Shown here in pieces: positions 63,862 to 64,000 of a DNA stretch of 64,000 bases. Numbering within the stretch: the stretch's first letter is position 1; the number at the start of each line of letters is the position of its first letter. The stretch lies in NCBI RefSeq assembly GCF_018977255.1, contig NW_024704743.1, positions 88,352,001 through 88,416,000 on the forward strand, read 5' to 3'. This stretch comes from Callorhinchus milii. Taxonomy: Eukaryota. A model generated the notes under the pieces. It worked only from the letters and a program-made list of their open reading frames with translations. It searched no databases and was not told the origin of the DNA. The position numbers and the translations under genes are program-made.

Positions 63862-64000
63862 AAACAAAGAAAACAGCATTGGAACAGGAAAATATACCGC
63901 ACCCATTGGGTGTAAATCTCACTAAACTATCTACTGATAGTTTTGTTACATTGACCATGCTCTCTAGGCTAGAAAAGAACTGCTATATTTAAACTATATT

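Overview
AT-rich, repeat-dense vertebrate genomic DNA. The repeat set (young L2 LINEs with (TTG)n tails, CR1 LINEs, tRNA/CORE/Deu SINEs) points to a cartilaginous fish, most plausibly a chimaera such as Callorhinchus; this is inference. The minus strand carries the last four coding exons of an apparently intact LRRC69 (63437 to 49006). Downstream on the same strand, where SLC26A7 lies in human synteny (OTUD6B-LRRC69-SLC26A7-RUNX1T1), there is one clean 83-nt SLC26-type exon (26647-26729). Around it is a colinear series of heavily decayed SLC26A7-like exon remnants (about 35.7 kb to 6.9 kb) with stops, frameshifts and broken splice sites, which I read as a probable unitary slc26a7 pseudogene. 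This is the most interesting signal in the window, and it may relate to stomach loss in holocephalans. The rest is TE-derived: a near-complete L2 ORF2 nested inside a CR1, many truncated L2/CR1 copies, two SINE families, MITE-like palindromes, unclassified repeats and microsatellites. Almost all ORFs in the supplied track are spurious or LINE-derived. Repeat boundaries are approximate, and human exon sizes and peptides are recalled from memory, not looked up.
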